Positions 45,901-53,346 of a stretch of DNA of 64,000 nucleotides are shown in pieces. A program made the translations under genes and the position numbers. The first letter of the stretch is position 1; every line of letters begins with the position of its first letter. Origin of the DNA: Nannocystis bainbridge (GTDB taxonomy: Bacteria; Myxococcota_A; Polyangia; Nannocystales; Nannocystaceae). The notes under the pieces were generated by a model. The model was not told where the DNA came from. It did not search any database and saw only the letters and a list, made by a program, of their open reading frames with translations. Location of the stretch: the NCBI RefSeq assembly GCF_028368995.1, contig NZ_JAQNDL010000001.1, positions 3,488,001-3,552,000 on the forward strand, in the 5' to 3' direction.

Positions 45901-48900
45901 GTGTGGTCCTCGGTGAAGGCCTGGCGGTAGTAGGAGAACGACAGCGCCTCGTCCTGGCTGATGCGCTCGGCCAGCTCGGCCAGCCGGCGGAGCAGCGCCT
46001 GCCGCTGCGCCGGATCCTCGCTGTGGTTGAGCTGGATCTTCAGCGGGACCGAGATGTGACGCTCGTCGTGCGCCTGCTCGTAGAGATCGATCAGGGCGTC
46101 GGCGACGGTGAGGTTGTTGTCGTCGAACGACAGCGCGCGCTCGAGGGCGCGGGTGGCCTTGTCGGCCTTGTCCATGCGCGTCTTGTAGAGATCGGCGATC
46201 TTGAGCAGGAGCGTGGTGCGAGCCGCACCCTCGGCGGTCTCGGCCTCGCGCTCGAGCACGCGGATGAACTCGCCCCACTTGTCTTGCTTGGCGTAGAACT
46301 CCTGGAGGCTCTCCATGTCGCCGAGGGCGAGGTAGAGCTTCTTGAGGGCGTCCTGCGCGCGGCGGTTCTCGGAGTCGAGCTGGTACAGCTGCTCCCACGC
46401 CTTGATGGAACTGGCGTTGTCGTCGAGCTTGTCGCTGTAGTTGGAGCCGAGCTTGACGAGGTAGTTGGCCTTCTTGGTCGGGTCGCCCTCGACCTCGGCC
46501 AGCGTGCGCAGCACGCCGGCGAGCTGGCCCCACTCCTTCTCGCGCTCGAGGAGACCCTCGAGCTGCTCGAGCGCCTCGTGGTGGGTCGGCTCCATCGCCA
46601 GGACCTGGTTCCACAGCTCGATCGAGAGCGGGTTCTTCTTGATCTTCGAGACCGCGGTGCGGGCGACGTCGAGCAGCTGCTCCATGCGCTGCGCCGGGTC
46701 CTCGATCAGCGTCAGCTCCTTCTGCTGGACGTGAACGAGCTTCTCCCAGTCGCGCCGCTTGGCGTACAGGTCCTTGAGCTTGGTGATCGCCTCGACGTTG
46801 TACTCGTCGGCCTCGAGCACCGACTCGAAGCTCTTGATCGCCTCGGCCTGGTTGTTGAACTTGTCGAGGAAGAGGCGACCGGCCTCGAGGTGCAGGGCGG
46901 TGCGACCGACGGGGTCGGTGGTGAGCTCGGCGCGGCGGCGGATCCGGCTGATGAGGTCCGGCCAGCGCTTCATCTGCTCGAACTGGTTCTGCTGGGTCTC
47001 GACGACCTTGAGCAGTGACTCGGTGTCACCAGCGTCCTCGAGCACCTTCTCGAACGCGGCCAGCGTGGTGACCACGAGGCCGGGCTGACGAAGGTGATCG
47101 CGGTAGATGTCGAGGAGCTGCCAGTACGAGGCCTTGGTGTGCTCGAGGTCCTTGTTCGGATCGCCCTTGAGCTCGTCCTTCAGCAGGTCGGCGACGTTGC
47201 TCCACTTGCCAGCCTCGCCGTAGAGCTCCTTGAGGCGCGTCCGCGGGTAACGCTTCTGCGGCAGCTTGCCCATGGCGTCGCGCCAGGCGTCGATCGCCTT
47301 GGCGCCACCGGGGGCCTCCGCGGTGCGAGCGGCGTTGTAGATCCGGACCTCCTCGGGGAGGAAGATCTCGCCGTGCATCTCGACGCCGTCAGCCGGGATC
47401 GCGGCGATCTCGGCGGCGATCTTGTCGGCAGCGGCCTTCTCGGCGGCGACCTTCTCGGCAGCTGCGCGCTCGACAGCGGCGGCCTTCTCGGCCTTCTCGG
47501 CGGCGGCCTTCTCGGCAGCAGCGGCCCGCTCGGCGGCGACGCGCTCGCGCTCGGCCTTGTCGGCGGCGACCTTCTCGGCGGCGAGACGCTCACGCTCGGC
47601 CTTGTCGGCGGCGGCCTTCTCGGCAGCAGCAGCCTTGTCCGCGGCGGCCTTCTCGGCGGCAGCGGCCTTCTCGGCGGCAGCGGCCTCGCGCTCGGCGCGG
47701 TCGCGCTCGGACCGCTCGGCAGCGGCACGGTCAGCGGCGACGCGATCGCGTTCCTCCCGCTCGGCGGCCTCGGCCTGCTCGACGGCGGCTTGCTCGGCGG
47801 CGAGGGCAGCGGCGGCGGCTTGCTCGCGTGCGGCGTCTTCGGCCGCGGCCTCGTCGACGGCGGCCCGCTGCGCAGCGGCGGCTTCGGCCTCGGCACGCTG
47901 GGCGGCGGCACGCTCGGCGGAGTCGTCCGCCGGCGCCTCGAGGGCGCCGTGCTGACGCTGGAACTCGACGATCGTCGGGTGATTCGGAGCGTGCGTGACG
48001 CCGTAGGCCAGCAGGCTGCGGGCGCTCTCGACGTCCTGGCGCTGATGCCACGCGACCTCGCCGCCGAGGATCGCGAGCAACGCCACGTCGGTCGGATCGG
48101 TGATGACCTGCAGGCCGCGCACGGCCAGCTCGACGAGGCCCTCGGGGTTGCCGGTGCGCTCGGCGGCCTTCTTGAGCATGTGGAACGCGCCGAGGTGCCA
48201 GTCAGCGTCGTTCTCGTCCTTGAGGACGCTGGCGCCGATCGAGTAGGCGTACTCGAGCGCCTGGCGGAAGAAGTACGCCGCCATGTCGGCGTTGTTGAGG
48301 CGCACCTGCCAGATCAACGCGAACTGACGCAGCAGCGCGACCTTCTTGTCCGGCTCGCGCTCGAGCGCGGCGCGGCGGTCCTGCAGCTTCTGGATGTGCT
48401 GCAGGTGACCGCCGCCGGCGAGCAAGGTCTCGGCGATGTAGCCGGCCTCGTCGTTGCTCGGATCGGCGTCGAGCGCCTTGAACAGCAGCGGCAACAGGCG
48501 CGGGTCTTCGGGCGCCTCTTGCTGCAAGATCCGCGCGGTGCGGAGGTACAGCGCCGACAGCTGGTGGCCGCCGTTCTCGACGTTCGCGGCCAGCGGGTCA
48601 GCCTGGCCGCTGAGCGCGATCAGCTGGTTCATGCAGATGTTCTGCAGCGCGAACTGCCAGTTGCTCCGGTCGTACAGCGACTCCTGGAAGCGGTCCTGGA
48701 ACTCTTGATTGCGACCCTCGGCGCTGGCGGCCGCCTCGAGGTACGGGCGGGCCTGCTCGATCTGCCGCAGGTTGAGCAGCGCGCGGCCGTAGGCGTAGTT
48801 CAGCAGCGCCGCGCGGTCGGGGTCGCGATTGGCCCGCAGCTCGAGCGCCATCAGCTTGGTGACCATCTCGAGGTTGGCCATCTGCTGATAGATCTTGCGC

Positions 48901-49136
48901 GCCGACTCCAGGGCCTTGAGGTTCTCACGGTCGCGCTTGACGGCCGTCTGGTAGAACGTCATCGCCTTGGCCTTGTCGAGCAGCAATCCCTCGCAGGCCT
49001 GGGCGAGGTGGTAGAACGCCGCCGACTGCGCCTGAGGCGTGCCGGCGGAGCTCGCCTGCGACTCGGATTCGTCGATCACCCCGCTCCAGTCGGAGACCTC
49101 GGTGAGCCGTGACTTGATGCGCGTCGTTACTTCCAT
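36996..49136 (-). CDS. gltI: Giant TPR protein (4046 aa), GltI/AgmK-like gliding motility protein
   Basis: Continuous TPR-like repeats, size, position downstream of gltG, C-terminal LVLYSISEDYF..R..IG. Confidence 0.75.
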   Translation of the reverse strand: MEVTTRIKSRLTEVSDWSGVIDESESQASSAGTPQAQSAAFYHLAQACEGLLLDKAKAMTFYQTAVKRDRENLKALESARKIYQQMANLEMVTKLMALELRANRDPDRAALLNYAYGRALLNLRQIEQARPYLEAAASAEGRNQEFQDRFQESLYDRSNWQFALQNICMNQLIALSGQADPLAANVENGGHQLSALYLRTARILQQEAPEDPRLLPLLFKALDADPSNDEAGYIAETLLAGGGHLQHIQKLQDRRAALEREPDKKVALLRQFALIWQVRLNNADMAAYFFRQALEYAYSIGASVLKDENDADWHLGAFHMLKKAAERTGNPEGLVELAVRGLQVITDPTDVALLAILGGEVAWHQRQDVESARSLLAYGVTHAPNHPTIVEFQRQHGALEAPADDSAERAAAQRAEAEAAAAQRAAVDEAAAEDAAREQAAAAALAAEQAAVEQAEAAEREERDRVAADRAAAERSERDRAEREAAAAEKAAAAEKAAADKAAAAEKAAADKAERERLAAEKVAADKAERERVAAERAAAAEKAAAEKAEKAAAVERAAAEKVAAEKAAADKIAAEIAAIPADGVEMHGEIFLPEEVRIYNAARTAEAPGGAKAIDAWRDAMGKLPQKRYPRTRLKELYGEAGKWSNVADLLKDELKGDPNKDLEHTKASYWQLLDIYRDHLRQPGLVVTTLAAFEKVLEDAGDTESLLKVVETQQNQFEQMKRWPDLISRIRRRAELTTDPVGRTALHLEAGRLFLDKFNNQAEAIKSFESVLEADEYNVEAITKLKDLYAKRRDWEKLVHVQQKELTLIEDPAQRMEQLLDVARTAVSKIKKNPLSIELWNQVLAMEPTHHEALEQLEGLLEREKEWGQLAGVLRTLAEVEGDPTKKANYLVKLGSNYSDKLDDNASSIKAWEQLYQLDSENRRAQDALKKLYLALGDMESLQEFYAKQDKWGEFIRVLEREAETAEGAARTTLLLKIADLYKTRMDKADKATRALERALSFDDNNLTVADALIDLYEQAHDERHISVPLKIQLNHSEDPAQRQALLRRLAELAERISQDEALSFSYYRQAFTEDHTQADTREHLFRLGESIGAWTEQIESLRAAIEKYGTDPDSIPLRLKLAEIYEKRSSDLEAALAANQAILEINAEEATALASLERLYLALGREEDLLNVLRTQLSLAGNDDDRRAIQTRIGSIHEQLGHVDQAVTAYEAVLATGVEDPTVLAALDRLYLGQGKWNELADILRRELDVTAPDEIEARATLLLRLGIVQQDKLNSAPEAVDLFRQVLDVDAANEEARKRLEGYLEDDALKTTVAGILLPVYERLLDWPKMVQTLEIQVAAAGTVDERVGLLLQIGGILANNIGNTAAAFDAYSRAFRHDPRNEAAQEELEKLAHLENRYADYAALFEEAVAGDLPSELQRTLLMRLAGLYDQRIGNAPKAIENFKKALEVDADNVDALEALEKLYSRDQNWGELLGVYRSQIPLTNDGSKRQELRFRIAYLQDEMLGQKEEAIATYNEILADEFENLQAIVALDRLYLAREAWTELAENLERQLTLSNDPDKQIELNLRLGDLRLTKLEQAGQAVETYHRVLALDAGNATALGALETLLTHEQQQLTVAKTLEPFYRVNNNWPRLIQAYEIMVTHASDAEEKIGLLHRIAELYEIAGEEPSKAFDALGRAFKVDPSNATTQERLETLARQLEDYPRLVALYDESIPDIVDDALIIRLLVKIAQIYELVIEDPAKAASSYERILGVDPGNFEAVDALINLHLKNSNFGSLVEAVVRKSEMVTEVADRKALLLYAAQTRETAMEDPAGAIALYQQVLALDDADASALDALAKLFTQTEAWENLKDIYRRKTELAESPEHRRYWLHQLGPIYDEKLKDVEQAIETYRSILDLEPADYDAIQALDRLYGQAERWQDQLGILERAVEVAPQRDEKTALRHRIGGLYETQLADIVRAVEAYRDTLAHAPDHAPTIAALDRIVHGEDQPMLAAEVLAPFYNQLAEWEKLVDIYEVMVRQTQDPAQQIELLHQIAAIHERQLQQFEQAFAAYARALVIEPTHEATLGQLHRLAEVTGDHEKLASLLAEQAAAIPDPATKVGMLHRLAGVLETKLNRIDDAIERYLAILDIDGENSDAIAQLDRIYSGLERWQPLVENLRRQIAITADEQEIIALQYRMGQIYQNNIQDLPKAIEAYRTILEIDPDSSATQATLELIFAEGEHQSEIGSILEPLYQASRNWDALIKLADVKLNATADTAERLQIIENTAQICEQQLGDPGQAFYWWLRAYMDDPLSERVAEEIERLAEATQEWGYIVDVGEQILENPNLSQDARVAVLSRSGQVLETRLGDRARAIEVYNRLLALVPDHGDGLQALDRLYTQTGRWEELAEILQRRIQATMDGEVLVDLEMRLAAAFEQWLANPEAAIAAYNRALDIDGNNLRALERLEALYLSAARWEDLYKTYERTAAIANTDEDTAACYQRMAKIAAEALDREENAVDLWGKVLELRGEDPLALGELAVLHERSQRWEDLAEVLERQVFAVEDPTEKVAIYQQLALVYGDRLGKERNSLDAWLNARELNGRDLETLTALHAIYQRNESWVELNDVLANLIELGPDALGTEQLRAYYAQVGRIQAEYLMDTQAAIAAWRHVLELEPTSLEALAALERLHSSEASWDEVIRVLEKKRKVVESAPEKIDVLMQIAAIWEQQLGNKTEAAGAYLEILDLDQAYMPAHEALEVIYRETEAWGDLIDLYLRQVEIFEDAKFKVTTYQKMAKVFEENQEDPGNAFEVLKYAFNIDYANEDTSRELERLATQANKWGELLNEYNGIVRSIPDKGEQAELWVKIGRWYGEHLNRVDYGLKSLEEALKLNANNINALREQAGFYRRAMNNVELAKTLARIVPLETDPNIQIRTLTQLAEVQDGGLGDIPAAIESYRKVLEIDGENINALDALARLHQNQGQWQDLVGVLERRVGTLDEPEQVIALRKRIGGVQEGQLGDATAAIETYRTIVDSEPGDREALAALERLYLAGGNVPQYLGVLEAELDTTTVRDEQIGIYDRMAAAHVNLAQDPARAAEALEKILLLDKYRDATYRQLEDLYTRLEKWTELVETYRNHIVVTTAPAAKTDLLVAMGQVYEKQIQDIDRAIETYSEILELNPQHFDSAVTLARLQEQIEDWPAALKTLARLVELSRDPPVRVQHLTRMGQVYQEKLGQLDEAERRLTQATEIDPGYVPAIVSLAELYKGRRDWLKAARNLEAAFGYSNTKLEKIALAAEAGFIYYEELENKEKAVALFAEVLKLDPEHVKVGRVIGQIYYDEGRFADADPIFDVLTRKADQLGLGDQDQRDLYLRAAKVARKLGNSDKSLKQFKRAYDIDATNREVLVGMADLLFEKEDWEKAFKLYQTILVQHRDTQSSSETVLVYYRLGMIKKRQNEPRKALNYLEKALEVDPHDLATLNAVIELQTGAGDWEGVIQAKRAMIDVAATGDQQAAIYNEIGKLYLEKLGNWQKAAAAYQNALDLQPKDYPLLHTLLDIYTRNKQWEESIRIIDRIVEIEKDPKRRSKYNYTAAVLLRDELKAHDESIDRFNSVLDDDPAYLKAFQAIDAMVTKSKDWKTLERSYRKMLKRLPADSMGDLKITLWSNLAEIYRTRLKDFKAATAAFEVAAKLDPGNTERHYLLAELYEALMQDNPQEYATQAVKEHQILIAQEPFRYESYHALFNIYRKSNQFDKAYCLARTLVFLKQATPEEQQIHDKYASNEFRQARQRLSEEILRRHVFHPDEDLYLTGILGSIAPAIAAWRANPLPAYLKPNERTDINTDPAPVSRMAKYVMQLLNVGQPDLYLRPEDPGDVSLLNAQRDGRVHPTMVVFQNLLKGKNEKHLAFALGRYMADLYLPHYAYVALDRSPQNLKQVFLACMHMCDMETGGNRQELDQIAREILSRLPANARDQMRSLMRRFVEAGGSTDVKKWALGTEITAYRIGFLLCDDLITAAHLISQEQAAFGSSMTPKDKIKELVLYSISEDYFKARKGIGVSVA

Positions 49137-49409
49137 CTGAGACCCTGTTTTTTGAGCATTATCGGGGGATTACCCCGGGCTCGGGAGATGGCGGATATAC
49201 CACGCACCTCGCCGAGCGTTCAACGCGTCCGGAACGATTCAACGCAGGCGAGCCCAGCGGGCCCACCGTGCACACGACGGGGGACCCCCGCGGCGAGCCG
49301 CGGGGTGACTGATGGTAGGTCGGGCCTGGCGGGCCGCGTAAGTCGAGACGACGAGCCGTCCCCGACGGCCCGCGGGGGCCTGGCCTCGCGGGTACCGTCG
49401 CTGTCGGGC

Positions 49410-50318
49410 TCAGATGACGTCCTGCATGCGAGCGACGGTGTCGCGCGCCGCCTTGATGAGGTCGGGACGGGCGTCTCCGGCCTTGCCCAGGAACAGCTCG
49501 AGGTTCTCTTTGGCTTCCTTGCGCTGGCGCAGCTCGGCGAAGGCCATGCCGAGGCCGTAGAGCGCGTCGGCGCCGTCGGGGTCGATGGCCTTGGCCTTCG
49601 TGTAGGCGTCGATGGCCTCTTTCATCTGCCCGAGCTCGAAGTGGGCGCGGCCGAGGCCGTTCCACATGCGAGCGTCCTTGTCGTTGATCTGCGCGCCGGT
49701 ATCGAGCACCGCCATCGCCACGTTGGCGAAGCCGTAGTCGATGTACATGTTGCCGAGCGAGACGAACGCGGGGCTGTAGCTGGGCTTGATCTCGATCGTC
49801 TTGCGGTAGGCGGAGTCGGCCTTCTCCGGCTGATCGAGCTTCTCGTACAGCACGCCGGTGCGGTAATGGGCGCGGTACATCTTCGGGTCGAGCTTCAGCG
49901 CCTCTTGGAACGAGTTGATCGCGGCGTTGAACTTGGTCTCGCGCTCCGACGACGACACGCCGTCGGCCTCGCCCTGGGCCTGCTGCACAGCGCCGAGGTC
50001 GTACCAGTACTCGGCCTGCGGCTCGGCCTTCATGTTGTCGATCGCGCCCGTGAACGCCTTCTCGGCGTCGACCAGCTTGTTCTGCTTCTTGTAGATCTGG
50101 CCCAGGGTGTGATGCGCGGCCGCGTAGCTCGAATCGAGCTGAATGGCGTCCTGGATCGCCTTTTCGGCGCCGGCGGTGTTGTTGCGATCGAACAGCTGGA
50201 TGCCTTCGTTCATCCGGTTGATCGCCTGGACTCGGTTACGGCTCGCCAGGCCATTACAGGCCGGCAGGAGGACAGCACAGGAGACGACGAGAGCGGCCAG
50301 AGGGGAGAGACGACGCAT
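49410..50318 (-). CDS. TPR lipoprotein
   Basis: Lipobox LPAC, about 7 TPRs; ATG at 50318. Confidence 0.85.
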   Translation of the reverse strand: MRRLSPLAALVVSCAVLLPACNGLASRNRVQAINRMNEGIQLFDRNNTAGAEKAIQDAIQLDSSYAAAHHTLGQIYKKQNKLVDAEKAFTGAIDNMKAEPQAEYWYDLGAVQQAQGEADGVSSSERETKFNAAINSFQEALKLDPKMYRAHYRTGVLYEKLDQPEKADSAYRKTIEIKPSYSPAFVSLGNMYIDYGFANVAMAVLDTGAQINDKDARMWNGLGRAHFELGQMKEAIDAYTKAKAIDPDGADALYGLGMAFAELRQRKEAKENLELFLGKAGDARPDLIKAARDTVARMQDVI

Positions 50319-50646
50319 CAGAGACCTTTCCGGATCGCGTGCGGATGATAACGGGCGGGGCATCTGGTGACAAGGTTGCACGTCGGCGCGATCGTTCGCG
50401 GCGTTTCTCGGGCTTCGAGAAGGTCGCCGAGGTCGCGAGCGAAAACGCGCCACACGCGCCGGGCTCGCCGAAGATGCCGCTGGGCCCGGCAATCGGCCAG
50501 GTCGTGAGTTGACGCGAGCCCGCGGCCAGGGTCGGGCGATCTCACCGACAGATCTCCGAACGCCCAGCAGTCCTTAAACGCCGAAGGCCCGGCGTGGCCG
50601 GGCATCCTGGCTTTCGAGACAGGCTGTCCTTCAGGACAGCTTTCGA

Positions 50647-52737
50647 TCAACCCGGCTCGAGCACGAACGGGTACGAGACGATGACCGAACCGCCGCCTTC
50701 GGGCTTGGGGAAGGTCCAGCGTTTGACCGCCTGGGCGATGCAGGAGCCGACGGCCGGGTCCTTCAACGTGCTCTCCTGGACCACCGCCGTGGGCACCTTG
50801 CCGGTGCCGCCGATGGTGAACTGGACGGCGACGCGGCCCTTGGCGTTGGGGTCACGCGCGAGGGCCTGGTTGTAGCAGTAGCGGACCTCGTTGATGTGCG
50901 CGCGGACGATGCGGCGAATGATGTCCTTGTCGAGCGCGCCCTGGACCTCGGCCTTGGCCTGACGGACCGTCGGCACGCGGGTGCCGCGGCCGCCGAAGCC
51001 GGCGCCTGCGCCACGACCGTAGCCGGAGCCCGTGCCGCCGCCGCCGCCCTTGCCGATGAGGCCCGTGTTGCCGAGGCCGATCGTGCCCTCGCCGGTGCCG
51101 CCGCCGCCGCGGCCGGTGCCGACCAGGCCGAGGCCGCCGACGCCGTACGCTTCGCCGACCTCGGTGCCGGTGAGGCCGCCCCACACGTCCGCGTCGTCGT
51201 TGCCGACCGCGAACGCGCCGCCGTACGGCGAGGCGAGGAAGTGGCCGCTCTCGGCGCTCATGACCCCGAGGATGCCGGCCTGGCGCGCGGCCATGTCGGG
51301 GTCGAAGTTACGGGCCATCTGCGGGATGGCGTCCTTGGGGCCCTTCATGGCGTAGAGGCCCGACTTGCTCTTCGAGGTGGGCTTGCCCATCTTGCCCTCC
51401 TCGCCCTTGTGACGCTGACCGGTGCCGCCGGCCTCGTCGTCGGAGTTCTCCATGTCCTCCGGCGGCGGCTCCTCCTCCTCCGGCGGCTTGTCGGGCTGGT
51501 TGAGGTAACCGACGAAGCGGTTCTCTTCCATCATCTCGTCGAGGCTGAGGTTGCCGGCCTCGTTGGGGATCAGGTGCGTGAGCACCAGCAGGCTGCCGAT
51601 GACCACGAACGAGGCGCCGTTGTAGATCCAGAACGGCTTGTCGGTCTCGCTGCCGCCCTTGATCACCGCGCCCGGCGCGACCGAGTTCACGTAAAAGGTG
51701 ACGTCCTGGTACTTGACCCGCGCCGTCGCTCCGGGCGGCAGCGGGAAGCTGAACGACGAGCCCTGCGCGCCCGCGCGACCGGTGGCGACCAGCTGCTGCA
51801 GCGTGATCGTCTGGCCGTCGAAGGTGACCTCACCGCTCATGTTCTGGGTGAAGTTGAGCGCGAACTCGTGGTCGCTGCCGCGGACCAGCGGGAAGCCGTT
51901 GGGCTCGGGCAGGCCGGCCGGCGGCACGTGGAACGACGCGCCGTGACCCTCGCCGATCGTGAAGTTCTTGTTGACGTAGTCGCCGGTGCGGATGAGGCCC
52001 ATGCTGAACGGCACGAGGCCCGCGATCGCCAGCAGCATGCCGATCGCCGCCAGACCGTTTCCGGGCGGGGTCGGGCGCGGCGTGCCCTGCTCGATCGAAT
52101 CCTGGACCTTCTTGCCGTAGCCGGGCCAGTCCGCGTTCACGTCGCTGAAGAACACCGCCGCGCCAGCGACCAGCATCGCCCCGCCGATGGCGAGGAAGAT
52201 CGGCGCCTGCGACTTGCGGTTGCGCAGCTGACCGACGTGCTGCACGTCGAGCACCGTCGTGCCGTACATCGCCACGACCTCGGCCACGCGCGAGCCGCCC
52301 TGATTCTCGACCTCGCTGAGGTCGATCTGGATCGGCGCCCGCGTCGCCATCGGCGCGGCCATCGGCGCAGCGGCGACCGCCACAGCCACGGGCGCGGCCA
52401 CCTGCGACGGGGCCGGCGCGACCGCGGCCTGCTGCCGGACGAAGCCGACCTCGAGCCGGTAGGGCCCGAAGTTCAAGGCGTCGCCATCGTGCAGCACCGC
52501 GTTCTTGTCGATCCGCTGGCCGTTGAGCACGGTGCCCGCCGCGCTCCCGAGATCGATCACCCGCACCTCTTCGCCGGACACCTCGATCACGGCGTGCATG
52601 CGGGCCACGGCCTCGTCATCCAGGCAAACATGGCTGCTCTTCAGCTTGCCAATCTTGATGACATCCTGTGTCAGCGTCTGGGTGTCGACGAGCTGGTCGC
52701 CGTAAAAGACTTTGATAGCGAGCGTCTTGGTGGACAT
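50647..52737 (-). CDS. gltG: GltG/PglI-like FHA + TM + Gly-rich + TonB_C protein
   Basis: IKIGKL.SSH..LDD..VARMHAVIE FHA, EEGKMG motif, IRRIVRAHINEVRYCY...V.YPF TonB_C. Confidence 0.85.
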   Translation of the reverse strand: MSTKTLAIKVFYGDQLVDTQTLTQDVIKIGKLKSSHVCLDDEAVARMHAVIEVSGEEVRVIDLGSAAGTVLNGQRIDKNAVLHDGDALNFGPYRLEVGFVRQQAAVAPAPSQVAAPVAVAVAAAPMAAPMATRAPIQIDLSEVENQGGSRVAEVVAMYGTTVLDVQHVGQLRNRKSQAPIFLAIGGAMLVAGAAVFFSDVNADWPGYGKKVQDSIEQGTPRPTPPGNGLAAIGMLLAIAGLVPFSMGLIRTGDYVNKNFTIGEGHGASFHVPPAGLPEPNGFPLVRGSDHEFALNFTQNMSGEVTFDGQTITLQQLVATGRAGAQGSSFSFPLPPGATARVKYQDVTFYVNSVAPGAVIKGGSETDKPFWIYNGASFVVIGSLLVLTHLIPNEAGNLSLDEMMEENRFVGYLNQPDKPPEEEEPPPEDMENSDDEAGGTGQRHKGEEGKMGKPTSKSKSGLYAMKGPKDAIPQMARNFDPDMAARQAGILGVMSAESGHFLASPYGGAFAVGNDDADVWGGLTGTEVGEAYGVGGLGLVGTGRGGGGTGEGTIGLGNTGLIGKGGGGGTGSGYGRGAGAGFGGRGTRVPTVRQAKAEVQGALDKDIIRRIVRAHINEVRYCYNQALARDPNAKGRVAVQFTIGGTGKVPTAVVQESTLKDPAVGSCIAQAVKRWTFPKPEGGGSVIVSYPFVLEPG

Positions 52738-52858
52738 GGTCGGTCCTCGGTCCGGCGGATTGCGCGGGCAGAGACAGCGGGCTTCGGTGGCGGTTCCCGG
52801 GGTTCGGGCGCTTGTTCAAAAAAGAAACGTGAGTGAAAGCACGGGCGTCAGGCCCGGA

Positions 52859-53134
52859 TCACACATCGTTGGCCATCTTGATGAGCTCGGGAATGAAGTG
52901 CGGCCGGATGGTGATGAGGCTGGCGTGCTTGGTGCGGCCGCGCGAGGCGACGTTGGCGCCTTCGGGCGAGAGCAGCTCGCCGTCGACGTTGTCGTCGTCG
53001 AAGTCGTAGACCGTGGTGCCGCTGCCCTTGCCCTTGTTGGCCGCGGAGTCGGCGTCCTGGTCGCTGGCCGGAGCCGCGAAGGCGGTGGTCGAGGCGAAGA
53101 GGGTGGTCAGCAGAGTGATCAGAGCGAGCCGCAT
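52859..53134 (-). CDS. gltF: GltF/CglF-like small exported protein
   Basis: Signal peptide, YDFDDDNVDGELLSPEG...LITIR.HF.PEL; lies between gltE and gltG. Confidence 0.8.
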   Translation of the reverse strand: MRLALITLLTTLFASTTAFAAPASDQDADSAANKGKGSGTTVYDFDDDNVDGELLSPEGANVASRGRTKHASLITIRPHFIPELIKMANDV

Positions 53135-53290
53135 GATGAACCTCGTGGAACGGTCCCCCTGGGACCTTCACGCACCATACCTCGCTCGGGCCAGCCTTGT
53201 AAACGACCGGCCCTTGTGATGCGGTGGCCGGCGAGCGCGGACACGGGGCGAGGCGGGTTTGGCTGCGAGATCGCTCCGGACGCGTGACCC

Positions 53291-53323
53291 AAAAGAAAAA
53301 GGGGCGGCCGTCCGGCCGCCCCT
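53291..53323 (-). terminator. Intrinsic terminator after gltE
   Basis: Stem AGGGGCGGCC/GGCCGCCCCT followed by TTTTCTTTT on the minus strand. Confidence 0.88.
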
Positions 53324-53346
53324 CATGCGCGAATGACGAGCGCTGC

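Noticed and set aside
37128-47018. 3296-aa plus-strand ORF (also 16411..20265, 55671..58847, 31304..34360 and other long overlapping ORFs)
   Set aside because: Antisense or frame shadows caused by high GC3 codon bias of the real genes; no recognisable motifs.
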